A stretch of 64,000 nucleotides of DNA from Patescibacteria group bacterium (lineage in GTDB: Bacteria > Patescibacteriota > Patescibacteriia > UBA9570 > JAHJKD01). Shown here piece after piece: positions 25,524-34,975 of this stretch. The DNA lies in NCBI GenBank assembly GCA_043798935.1, contig JAZDOC010000022.1:15299-79298 (forward strand), in the 5' to 3' direction. A program made the translations under genes and the position numbers. The notes beneath the pieces are model-generated. The model saw nothing but the letters and a program-made list of their open reading frames with translations, made no database searches and was not told the DNA's origin. How positions within the stretch are numbered: position 1 is the stretch's first letter; each line of letters begins with the position of its first letter.

Positions 25524-27835
25524 TAACAACAATTATTTCTTGTGTATTTTCTTTGATAATTAGTATTATAGTAATTCGTCATAAAAGAAATAATTATTCA
25601 AGTATAATTTTTTTCATATTTTGTTTAGCTTTGTTTTTTTGGTCAATTTCAAATTATGCATCTATTATTGTCATTAGTAAGTTTTATATTTTACTTTGGA
25701 TGCGAATAGTTATGATTTTTGCCGTTATTCAATCTATGTCTTTTTTGCTTTTTATTAACAATTTTCCACATAAACATTTGGTGATAAGAAAAAAATATGT
25801 ATATCTTGCATCAATCATTGCTATATTAAATTTTCTTCTATGTTGTTCACCGTATCTATTTAGAGATGTCCTTATTGAAGACGGATTCAGGTCGCCAGTT
25901 ATTGCACCAGGCATTTTATTGTTCATACTCACCACGGTAGGGTCTATAATATCAGGTTTTATTATTTTATTAAAGCGATTAAAAAAAAGTCGGGGGTTGG
26001 TCAAGCATCAATTATATTATATCTTTCTAGGTTCTTTAATCATGTTTTTTTTAATTATATTATTTAATTTAATTTTTGTTATTATTTTTCATATTTCATT
26101 TTTTGTCGATTGGGGTCCAGTTTTTGTTTTGCCCTTTATTTTTAGCACAACTTACGCTATTATTCGCTATCGTCTAATGGACATTAAGTTAATCATCACC
26201 CGTTCCTTAATATTCTTCTTCCTTACTTTAACCGTAGCCTCTACATTCGTACTAGTTTCTTCTTTAGCCGGAATATTTTTTGCTAATAGCTTTGGGGCTA
26301 ACCAATATGTGATTTGGTTTGTGGCCGCGATAATCATCGTATTGGGCTTAGACCCCATTAAAGACGCTTTGGCCAAAGAAACAGACAAAGTTTTCTTTAA
26401 AGGTAAAGTTAATTATGACGCGGTATTAAAAAATATTACCGAGATTCTTTCCGAAGAAGTGCATGTAAAAGAAATTATTATTAAAACGCAAAATCGTTTA
26501 AAACAAGATTTAAAGATAAAAGACGCTACATTACTTATTTATTTCGGTGATGATTTCTTTTTACAACCCGAAGAAGTACCGACCAAAGCAGAAATACTTT
26601 CACGAGAAACACCACATTATAATGAAGAAGCACAGACTCAAGAAGCAGTGCAGGCGAGTGATGATTCGAGTGTTAACAATGCGATTGTTGCTCATAATAA
26701 AAAAGCCACTCAATGCATGCCGGCACTAGCCAAGCATTTTACAAAAGACGCATTTATTATTGTGGCCGACGAGTTGGAGCGCAAAATTTCCGATTGCGAT
26801 GATCCGGAAAAAGCGGCTGAAATGCAGGCAATTTACAACGAAATTCAGCAAATGAACGCATCCATGGTAGTTCCGATTTATCGCAACAAAGAGTTGTCTA
26901 GCATTTTATTTTTAGGACAAAAAACCAGTGGCGATGTATTTAATAACGAAGACATCCAAATGCTTGAAGTGCTGGCACCGCAGTTATCAGCCGCTTTGTT
27001 TAAAGCCACGTTATTCCAAGAAGCTAAATTATTCAATATCAAACTTAAACAAGAAGTGGAACATGCCACTCACGAACTTAAGCATGCCAACGAACATCTG
27101 CAGGAGCTTGATGACGCTAAATCCGAATTCATGTCTATTGCTTCGCATCAACTGCGCACGCCACTATCCGGCATTATGGGCTATCTGTCCATGATCCTAG
27201 ACGGCGATTATGGCAATCTTTCTGAAGAGCAAACACCCATTATGAAAGAAGTATTTTCGGCCAGCCAGCGCTTAATCCGCTTGGTAAACTTATTTTTAAA
27301 CGTCACGCGTATTGAAGCCGGGCGCTTGAAATTTAATTTTACCGAGATCGACATGCCTAAAATTTTAGGCGAACTTGTTCATGAATTAAAGCCGGCCGCG
27401 GATAAAAAAGGCTTAAAACTTATCATGGCTAAAACCAAAGATAAAATTCCACCCATTACTGTGGATGCGGATAAAATTCAAGATATCGTTTTAAATTTGA
27501 TCGATAACGCTACTAAATACACTCAAAAAGGAAAGATTACTGTGGATGTTAAGTTGCAGAATAAAAAGCACATTTTAATTACTGTAACCGATACCGGCAT
27601 GGGTATTGACCCTGAAGAAGTGCCAAAACTATTTAATAAATTCGTGCGTGGCGATGGCATGGTCCAAGTAAATCCAAATGGCGCCGGCTTAGGCTTATTC
27701 ATTGCCAAGAAAATCACCGAAGGCCACCATGGCGACATCTGGGCCGAATCTCCGGGCGTGGGCAAAGGTACTACTTTCAATGTACTGCTTCCAATTAAAC
27801 AGCCCAAGGTTGTTGAAGAAGCGGAAAAGAAATAA
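25514..27835 (+). CDS. Multi-pass membrane sensor histidine kinase with HisKA and HATPase_c domains, and no cognate response regulator nearby
   Basis: About seven N-terminal TM helices. H-box (IASHQLRTPLSGIMGYL), N-box (DNATKYT) and G-boxes (DTGMGI, GAGLGL). A 10-nt overlap with the E1-like gene. Confidence 0.8.
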   Translation: MLLITTIISCVFSLIISIIVIRHKRNNYSSIIFFIFCLALFFWSISNYASIIVISKFYILLWMRIVMIFAVIQSMSFLLFINNFPHKHLVIRKKYVYLASIIAILNFLLCCSPYLFRDVLIEDGFRSPVIAPGILLFILTTVGSIISGFIILLKRLKKSRGLVKHQLYYIFLGSLIMFFLIILFNLIFVIIFHISFFVDWGPVFVLPFIFSTTYAIIRYRLMDIKLIITRSLIFFFLTLTVASTFVLVSSLAGIFFANSFGANQYVIWFVAAIIIVLGLDPIKDALAKETDKVFFKGKVNYDAVLKNITEILSEEVHVKEIIIKTQNRLKQDLKIKDATLLIYFGDDFFLQPEEVPTKAEILSRETPHYNEEAQTQEAVQASDDSSVNNAIVAHNKKATQCMPALAKHFTKDAFIIVADELERKISDCDDPEKAAEMQAIYNEIQQMNASMVVPIYRNKELSSILFLGQKTSGDVFNNEDIQMLEVLAPQLSAALFKATLFQEAKLFNIKLKQEVEHATHELKHANEHLQELDDAKSEFMSIASHQLRTPLSGIMGYLSMILDGDYGNLSEEQTPIMKEVFSASQRLIRLVNLFLNVTRIEAGRLKFNFTEIDMPKILGELVHELKPAADKKGLKLIMAKTKDKIPPITVDADKIQDIVLNLIDNATKYTQKGKITVDVKLQNKKHILITVTDTGMGIDPEEVPKLFNKFVRGDGMVQVNPNGAGLGLFIAKKITEGHHGDIWAESPGVGKGTTFNVLLPIKQPKVVEEAEKK

Positions 27836-28004
27836 CTTTTCGCCCACTGGCTAATACAAATATCGCGCCTACTGGCATCCCTCCTACGCTAAAGCTGCAG
27901 AGGGCAAGAAAGCCAGGGGCTTTTTTTGATGTTTATTTAGTTCTTTTATGGTTTGTATTTTTATGCTAAAATGATAAAAGTTAATCATTATTTATTCATT
28001 TTTT

Positions 28005-29135
28005 ATGAAAACCTTGAAAGACCTAAATGTAAACGGTCAGAAAGTACTATTGCGGGTAGATTTTAATGTTCCATTAACCGATAACATGCAAGTAAAAGAT
28101 AACACGCGCATTAAAGAGGCTGTGCCTACTATAAAATATTTACTTGAGCAAGGCGGTGCTAAACAAGTAATATGCTTAGCACATTTCGGCCGACCCAAAG
28201 GAAAAATTGTAGAAGAAATGCGTTTGGCGCCAGTAGTTTCGGAATTAGAAACTATTTTAGGCATGCCGGTCGGTTACAGTCGCGATTTAACCGTCCCAGA
28301 AGGAAAAGTTGTTCTATTAGAAAATATTCGTTTCTATGCCGGTGAAGAAATAAACGACCCGGAATTTTCAAAGCAGTTGGCATCTTTAGCTGATTGTTAT
28401 GTAAACGACGCTTTTGGTACAGCGCATCGCGCCCATGGTTCAACGGCCGGCGTGGCTGAATTGCTACCACATGCGGCCGGGTTATTAATGCAAAAAGAAG
28501 TGGAGAACTTAGAAAAAGTTTTGCATAATCCCGAGCACCCGGTAGTGGCTATTATAGGTGGCGCCAAAATTTCCACTAAAATTTCTCTTATTAAAAATCT
28601 GCTTCCCAAAGTAGAGTACTTGCTATTGGGTGGAGCGTTAGCTAACACGGTTTTACTTGCTCAACATAAACAAGTAGGTAAGTCGCTGGTGGAAAAAGAT
28701 TTAGCCAATACAATTTCCGACTTAGTTAGCAATAAATTACGTATACCGGTTGATGTAGCGACTGTAAAAGATATTGAAACTAAAAAAGATCTAAAAATTA
28801 AAGCTGTTGGAGCAGTAATAGCCGACGACATTATTTTAGACATTGGCCCAGACACTGTTAATTTATACGAAAAATGTATTCAACAAGCCAAAACCATAAT
28901 TTGGAACGGCCCTATGGGATTATTTGAACAGACAGACTTTGCCAAAGGTACTTATGGCGTGGCTCGGGCCGTGGCCGATTCAGATGGCTATTCAGTAATA
29001 GGTGGCGGTGAAACCGTAGCGGCCGTAAAAAATACCGGGCTTGAAAATAAAATTTCATTTATTTCTACCGGCGGTGGCGCCATGCTAGAATTTTTAGAAG
29101 GAAAAACACTTCCGGGTATAGAAGCTTTAGAATAA
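28005..29135 (+). CDS. pgk: Phosphoglycerate kinase
   Basis: LLRVDFNVP and other PGK motifs. Confidence 0.9.
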   Translation: MKTLKDLNVNGQKVLLRVDFNVPLTDNMQVKDNTRIKEAVPTIKYLLEQGGAKQVICLAHFGRPKGKIVEEMRLAPVVSELETILGMPVGYSRDLTVPEGKVVLLENIRFYAGEEINDPEFSKQLASLADCYVNDAFGTAHRAHGSTAGVAELLPHAAGLLMQKEVENLEKVLHNPEHPVVAIIGGAKISTKISLIKNLLPKVEYLLLGGALANTVLLAQHKQVGKSLVEKDLANTISDLVSNKLRIPVDVATVKDIETKKDLKIKAVGAVIADDIILDIGPDTVNLYEKCIQQAKTIIWNGPMGLFEQTDFAKGTYGVARAVADSDGYSVIGGGETVAAVKNTGLENKISFISTGGGAMLEFLEGKTLPGIEALE

Positions 29136-29158
29136 AATAAATAATCAATAAAATAAAT

Positions 29159-30400
29159 ATGAAAATTAAAAAAATTATTGCTCGACAAATATTAGATTCA
29201 CGCGGAAACCCTACTGTTGCTTGTAGCGTGGAATTAATTAATGGTATAAAAGCCGAGGCCATGGTGCCATCGGGTGCTTCAACTGGCGTTCATGAAGCCG
29301 TGGAATTACGCGATGGCAATAAAAAAATTTATAATGGAAAAAGCGTTTTAAAAGCCGTAAATAATGTTAATAAAAAGATCGCGCCAAAATTAATCGGTCA
29401 TGATGTTACTTCACAGCGGGCTATTGATGAAATCATGATTAACTTAGACGGCACTGAAAATAAAAGTAAGCTTGGCGCTAATGCAATTTTAAGCGCGTCT
29501 TTAGCTTGTGCTAAAGCCGGAGCCATGGCCAAAAAATTGCCATTATACAAATATATTAGAAACACTTATAAATTATCTGAAAAAAAATATATTCTTCCAT
29601 ACCCCATGATGAATATTTTAAATGGTGGCAAGCATGCCGATAGCGGTCTGGAAGTGCAGGAATTTATGGTGGTCCCGCAAGCTAAAAATTTTGCTAAACG
29701 CATCCAGCAGGGAGCTGAAATTTTTCACGCTTTAAAAAAAATTTTATCTATGGACAAACAAAGCGTCGGAGTAGGCGATGAAGGAGGCTTTGCCCCAAAA
29801 TTAAATCGCAACGAAGACGCGCTAATTTATATTAAAAAAGCCATCCAACTAGCCGGCTATAAATTAGGTTCAGACATTAAAATTGCACTGGATCCGGCCG
29901 CCTCGGAATTTTATTTGGAAAAAGATAAATATAAATTCGATAAACAAGCAGTATCAGCTGTTAAACTCTTAAAAGAATACGAAAAATGGATAAATAAATA
30001 TTCCATCGTTTCCATTGAAGATGGCTTACAGGAAGATGATTGGGACAACTGGTGGATCATGACCCAGCGCCTGGGTAAAAAGATTTGTCTGGTAGGGGAC
30101 GATTTATTTGTTACCAATATCAAGCGTCTCCAGATGGGCATCGAGCGCAAAGTAGCTAACAGTGTGCTAATCAAAGTAAATCAAATTGGCACGCTTTCCG
30201 AAACCATGGATTGCATTAAACTGGCCAAGAAAAATAATTATAAAGTAATCGTTTCACATCGAAGCGGGGAAACAGAAGATACCACTATTTCCGATTTAGC
30301 CGTGGCCGTAAACGCCAATTACATAAAAACCGGTTCATTATGCCGCAGTGAGCGTATTTGTAAATATAATCGTTTATTAGCTATTAGCAAAGAGCTATAG
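29159..30400 (+). CDS. eno: Enolase
   Basis: ARQILDSRGNPTV N-terminus and the SHRSGETEDT active-site motif. Confidence 0.9.
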   Translation: MKIKKIIARQILDSRGNPTVACSVELINGIKAEAMVPSGASTGVHEAVELRDGNKKIYNGKSVLKAVNNVNKKIAPKLIGHDVTSQRAIDEIMINLDGTENKSKLGANAILSASLACAKAGAMAKKLPLYKYIRNTYKLSEKKYILPYPMMNILNGGKHADSGLEVQEFMVVPQAKNFAKRIQQGAEIFHALKKILSMDKQSVGVGDEGGFAPKLNRNEDALIYIKKAIQLAGYKLGSDIKIALDPAASEFYLEKDKYKFDKQAVSAVKLLKEYEKWINKYSIVSIEDGLQEDDWDNWWIMTQRLGKKICLVGDDLFVTNIKRLQMGIERKVANSVLIKVNQIGTLSETMDCIKLAKKNNYKVIVSHRSGETEDTTISDLAVAVNANYIKTGSLCRSERICKYNRLLAISKEL

Positions 30401-30427
30401 TTTTATATTGAAAACTGATTTATAAAC

Positions 30428-31840
30428 TTAAACAGCTTCTCTGTCAGCATTATTTCCTTCAACTCCATCACTTTCTGTTTGTGCTCCATTCTCTGGAGTT
30501 GTGTTTCCAATTGACGCTCCTAATTTATTGAGCACGTCAATAATATCCAAACCAGATTCACTAATAATACGTTGTGTCTCATGTGACGAAAAAGCCATCG
30601 AAGCTTTGTTATTTCCGATTTCATAAAGTTGTAATGTTCTATCAAGGGGTGAGATTCTGGCATTTATTCTACCTGCATCCAATTGGCCAGCTAGATCGCC
30701 AAGTTCATGGCGGTGAGAAGAATTTAATTCTTCTAAAATAAGTCTATTCATTTCAGTTGGAGAAATGTTTTCACCTTCCGGAACTAAAACTTGTTCTAAA
30801 GTAGGAGATTCTTTACTAGTTTTTTCACCTTCACCTTTACCTTGCCCTTTATTTGCATTGCCATCTTCAGTACCGTCTCCATCATAACTATCATCTTCAT
30901 TAATAACAGTTGGCTTTTTTTCAGGCTCTTCCTTCTTTGTTCCTTCAGAAGCCGGCATGCCTTTTGTCTGACTTGCTTCTTCATCGGGGACCATTAGTTC
31001 TTCTAATTCTTCGGCTGTAAAAGAAGTGCGAGCCATGATCTCACCCTCTTTCATTAAAGGATTTTTTATTTCTTGTCCTGATTCAACACCATCTGATTGC
31101 GCTTGATTGACCAAGCAGTATTCTTTAGAGCCGTCATTATTTGTATAAACTTCAGCAATAAATGCTGGCACCACTTCACCGTTGATGTTCAAATTAATAG
31201 TATCGCCTTCTTGAAATAGCTTTAAATCTTCAGGAACTTCTCTTAGTTTAAGCTCCGGAGTTGCTTTGCTGTCGCTCCAAGGTAGTGTTTCATCTATATG
31301 GGCTATGAATGTTTCCGGAGAAACTGGTTGTTCAAGCATCGGTTCTGCAACTGGTGTTGCGTCGATTCCGGTCCAGGCTGATGTTTCAGTTGGGGTATCT
31401 TCAGCTACCTGGTTATCCTTTGCAATTGTTTCAGCAATATCTTTAGCTAAAACTTTGTTCATTGCCGCTTTGGTTTCATCGTCTGGATTTCGGAATAAAT
31501 TTTTCAAAGCTTGAAAACGTTCTTTAACAGCTATCATGGCACGAGCAATAATACCCAAGTCTTGTTTATCAATCGGGCTTAAGTCGTCTTCGGTAATTTG
31601 TCCGGCACTGAGTTCGACTACATCAGCAGTAGCTACGGCATCAGCGTCCATATCGCCTTCGGTTTCTTCTGCATCAAGCTTGGCCCATGCTTCAACCACT
31701 TTTTGCGCCATTTCCTGGTCATTGGCACCTGGAACTTCTTTTAAATTAATATCTCCTTCTGATGGTATAGATTGCGGTTGATTAGCGACTTGTTCCGGAG
31801 TTTTAGGTGTATGTTCAAAATTTTTTACTGATCCTTCCAT
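30428..31840 (-). CDS. Highly acidic hypothetical protein (470 aa)
   Basis: Open frame, D/E-rich. It is the last gene of a four-gene minus-strand operon. Confidence 0.4.
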   Translation of the reverse strand: MEGSVKNFEHTPKTPEQVANQPQSIPSEGDINLKEVPGANDQEMAQKVVEAWAKLDAEETEGDMDADAVATADVVELSAGQITEDDLSPIDKQDLGIIARAMIAVKERFQALKNLFRNPDDETKAAMNKVLAKDIAETIAKDNQVAEDTPTETSAWTGIDATPVAEPMLEQPVSPETFIAHIDETLPWSDSKATPELKLREVPEDLKLFQEGDTINLNINGEVVPAFIAEVYTNNDGSKEYCLVNQAQSDGVESGQEIKNPLMKEGEIMARTSFTAEELEELMVPDEEASQTKGMPASEGTKKEEPEKKPTVINEDDSYDGDGTEDGNANKGQGKGEGEKTSKESPTLEQVLVPEGENISPTEMNRLILEELNSSHRHELGDLAGQLDAGRINARISPLDRTLQLYEIGNNKASMAFSSHETQRIISESGLDIIDVLNKLGASIGNTTPENGAQTESDGVEGNNADREAV

Positions 31841-31946
31841 AAATTTATAGTTTATTGTTTAGAATATATATTAATTAACTATTTAATGATATTTACAAAT
31901 TTATCTGTTATTGATTGGCTATTGTCAGGTTAATGATGAATAAAAT

Positions 31947-32159
31947 TTATAGCTTATGAATTTCTTCATGAAGTTTTTCGATTTCGCTTAATTGTTTTTC
32001 ATCTCCGATTCTTTTCATGGCCTTTAACACAACTTGTCGTTGTTTGTGGGAAAGTTTATTAATAATCTGTTTATATTGATGCAATGCTTCAATTGCCAGT
32101 TTAATTCGATCAGCTTCTTTCATTTTAGCGATTTCTTCTATTTGATCTGCTGTTAGCAT
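31947..32159 (-). CDS. Small helical protein (70 aa), paralog of 32664..32903
   Basis: A shared DQI...LS..EK...LAK....KA...I pattern. Confidence 0.35.
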   Translation of the reverse strand: MLTADQIEEIAKMKEADRIKLAIEALHQYKQIINKLSHKQRQVVLKAMKRIGDEKQLSEIEKLHEEIHKL

Positions 32160-32236
32160 AAAAATAATTTTAACTGTTAAGAATAAGCTATTAAGACGAT
32201 TTTGTCAATACCTAATGTGCTTATTTGAAAAAAATA

Positions 32237-32671
32237 TCAACTATTTTCAGAAGCTTCTGGGTCATCTGAAGTTTTGGCAAATTCAACTGAAATTGGTGAT
32301 TGGCTTGTTGCATCATCACTTTGCATATCGATGTCAGACGTTGTATCAGTTGAGAGCTGGCTTAATGTTGATTGTAAGTTAGCCGTGGCGGCCTTGCTTT
32401 GGTTAATTAGGTTGTTTAAAAGCTGATGATCGCTTTGTTTTAGAATGGCGCCCTGAGCTTGTACTGCCTGTAAATAGCTATTAATATTGTCAGCAAAAAT
32501 ATCGGCCGCTACTTGGGCTTTATCAAGACCTTGGCTAACAGCGTCATCAAGATTTTCGGCTTGTTTTTCTTGAGCCGCTTGTTGTTCTTTTTGTTCGCGC
32601 TCGAATTTTTTTGTACTGCCCGGAGCCGGAAAATTTTCCGGAGTGGGTAAATGATTAGCCATATTAATCAA
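32237..32671 (-). CDS. Hypothetical Q/A-rich protein (144 aa)
   Basis: Start overlaps the upstream small ORF by 8 nt. Confidence 0.4.
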   Translation of the reverse strand: MINMANHLPTPENFPAPGSTKKFEREQKEQQAAQEKQAENLDDAVSQGLDKAQVAADIFADNINSYLQAVQAQGAILKQSDHQLLNNLINQSKAATANLQSTLSQLSTDTTSDIDMQSDDATSQSPISVEFAKTSDDPEASENS

Positions 32672-32903
32672 TATTCATTATTTGTTGTTTGATTTGCTCG
32701 ATGTTTTCATCTTCAATATCTTCTAAAGCTTTGGAAAGAAGATTTTTTTCTTCCTTGGTAAGATGTTCCATGATTTGCAAATATTCACCCACGGATTGCT
32801 TGGCTAAATTAATTTTTTCCTGTTCGGAAAGATTGGCAAAATTATTAATTTGATCTTGAGTATTCATATATATTATTCTACCATATTTTTTCATTATAAT
32901 CAA
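32664..32903 (-). CDS. Small helical protein (79 aa), paralog of 31947..32159
   Basis: See the paralog. Confidence 0.35.
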   Translation of the reverse strand: MIIMKKYGRIIYMNTQDQINNFANLSEQEKINLAKQSVGEYLQIMEHLTKEEKNLLSKALEDIEDENIEQIKQQIMNID

Positions 32904-32941
32904 ACTTTTTAATAATAATTTATTGTGTTATAATATAAACC

Positions 32942-34975
32942 ATGTTTGATTATATCTTTAAACCAAAGTCAATTGCGCTAATCGGCGCGTCGCGCGATCC
33001 TAATTCTTTAGGTCACGATATTTTGGAAAATGTGAAAAAACTTGGCTTCACTGGAAAAATTTATCCGGTTAATTTAAAAGCCAAGAAAATACTCGGCCTT
33101 ACTTGTTATAAATCCGTGCTCGATATTAAAGATTCTGTGGATCTGGCCATTATTATGGTACCGGCTCAATTTGTTAGTCAGGTAATTAAAGAATGTGGTC
33201 GTAAAAAAGTTCCGGGAGCAGTAATTATTTCGGCCGGTTTCAAGGAAACTGGTGACGCCGGTTTAGTCAGAGAAAAAGAACTGCAATATTTAGCTAGAAA
33301 AAATAATATTAAAATTATTGGTCCTAATTGTCTGGGTATTCTAAATCCACATATTAAATTAAACGCTTCTTTTGCCGAGGGTATGCCCAAAGCCGGAAAT
33401 GTCGGGCTAGTTTCTCAATCCGGTGCCATGGCTGTAGCAATTTTAGACTGGGCATATCAATCGGGCTTGGGTTTTTCAAAAATAATTAGTATTGGCAACA
33501 AGGCTGGTTTAAGCGAAATAGAACTTTTTAAATATCTTTCCAGTGATCTAGAAACAAAAATAATAATGATGTATTTAGAAAGCATTACCGATGGCCGGGA
33601 GTTTATGAAACTGGCTGATAAAGTATCTAATAAAAAACCCATTATTGTTTTAAAAGCCGGTAGCTCTAATGCCGGCAGTAAAGCCATATCATCACATACC
33701 GGGTCCCTCGCCGGATCAGACCAAGCCATTGAAACCGCTTTCTGGCAATCAGGCGTGATTCGCGCGCGCAGTGTGGAAGATTTATTCGATTTTGCTAAAG
33801 CGTTTAGCCAGCTTCCTTTACCACGCGGAAATAAAGTTGCTATTGTCACTAATGCCGGTGGTCCGGGAATTATGGCTACTGATGCAGTTTGTAATACTAA
33901 TTTGGAGTTAGCGAATTTATCGCCCGAAACTAAAAAAATTCTAACAGTAAAATTACCTAAATCTGCGAGCGTCAATAACCCCATAGACATTATCGGTGAT
34001 GCGCTTACTGATAGATACGAAATCGCTCTTACCCAAGTTCTAAAAGATAAAAATGTTGATAGCGTTGTTTTAATCTTAACCCCTCAAACCATGACTCAAG
34101 AAAATGAAACCGCCGAGTTGGTTGTAAGATTAGCAAAAAAAAATTCTAAACCGATTCTACCAGTATTTATGGGCGGGGAAGATGTTAATTCCGGACGCCA
34201 AATTTTAATGAAAAACAATCTACCTAATTTTGATTTTTGTGAACGGGCAATTCGGGCACTGGATAAAATGCTTTTAGCCAAGCGCATTAAAACCGATGTG
34301 GTACTGGCAAAATATAAAACTACTCCAAAAAAAATAAATTTTTCAAAAAATAAAATTCAACTAAAAACCATTGATGCGGAAAAATTAATCAGCTCTTATG
34401 GCTTGCCGGTATTAGAAAGTAAATTAATTAAAGGTGAGTCTGAAATCAATAAAATTCATTGCTGGCCAGTTGCTATAAAAATTGCTTCCCGCGATATTAT
34501 TCATAAAAAAGCTAGCGGCGCTATTAGAATTAATATTAATACACCCGATCAAGCTGAAACTGCCATGCTTGAAGTAATTAATAATGTTAAAGCCATTAAT
34601 AAGCATAATGAAATAGACGGCATTTTAGTTCAACCCATGGCAAGGTCTGGTGCAGTTGAAATAATTATCGGCATGAAGCGGGATGAAAATTTTGGACCCA
34701 TGATCATGTTTGGTTTAGGTGGCTCGTTTGTGGAAGTTTTAAAAGACGTTTCGTTTTCCATTGCACCAATTACTAAAAAACAAGCTCGTGAACAAATTGA
34801 AAAAGTAAAATCATTTTCTATATTAAAAAAATACGACACTAATTTACTGGCCGACATTTTAGTTAAAGTATCGCATTTAGCCATGGACTATCCGGAGATT
34901 AGAGAATTGGATTTAAATCCGGTAATGTTATATAGAAAAGGAGCGAGTATTATTGACGTTCGAATAATGTTATGA
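32942..34975 (+). CDS. Acetate--CoA ligase (ADP-forming), fused alpha and beta domains
   Basis: CoA-binding N-terminus (SIALIGASRDPNSLG), succinyl-CoA-synthetase-like ligase domain and ATP-grasp C-terminus. Confidence 0.8.
   Translation: MFDYIFKPKSIALIGASRDPNSLGHDILENVKKLGFTGKIYPVNLKAKKILGLTCYKSVLDIKDSVDLAIIMVPAQFVSQVIKECGRKKVPGAVIISAGFKETGDAGLVREKELQYLARKNNIKIIGPNCLGILNPHIKLNASFAEGMPKAGNVGLVSQSGAMAVAILDWAYQSGLGFSKIISIGNKAGLSEIELFKYLSSDLETKIIMMYLESITDGREFMKLADKVSNKKPIIVLKAGSSNAGSKAISSHTGSLAGSDQAIETAFWQSGVIRARSVEDLFDFAKAFSQLPLPRGNKVAIVTNAGGPGIMATDAVCNTNLELANLSPETKKILTVKLPKSASVNNPIDIIGDALTDRYEIALTQVLKDKNVDSVVLILTPQTMTQENETAELVVRLAKKNSKPILPVFMGGEDVNSGRQILMKNNLPNFDFCERAIRALDKMLLAKRIKTDVVLAKYKTTPKKINFSKNKIQLKTIDAEKLISSYGLPVLESKLIKGESEINKIHCWPVAIKIASRDIIHKKASGAIRININTPDQAETAMLEVINNVKAINKHNEIDGILVQPMARSGAVEIIIGMKRDENFGPMIMFGLGGSFVEVLKDVSFSIAPITKKQAREQIEKVKSFSILKKYDTNLLADILVKVSHLAMDYPEIRELDLNPVMLYRKGASIIDVRIML

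Noticed and set aside
27840-27940. A terminator after the histidine kinase containing family-A-like half sites (gcccactggc ... gccaggggc + T7)
   Set aside because: The half sites lie about 60 nt apart and do not form the A-element structure. A T7 run follows a weak GC-rich stem, so it may be a terminator, but it is too ambiguous to list.
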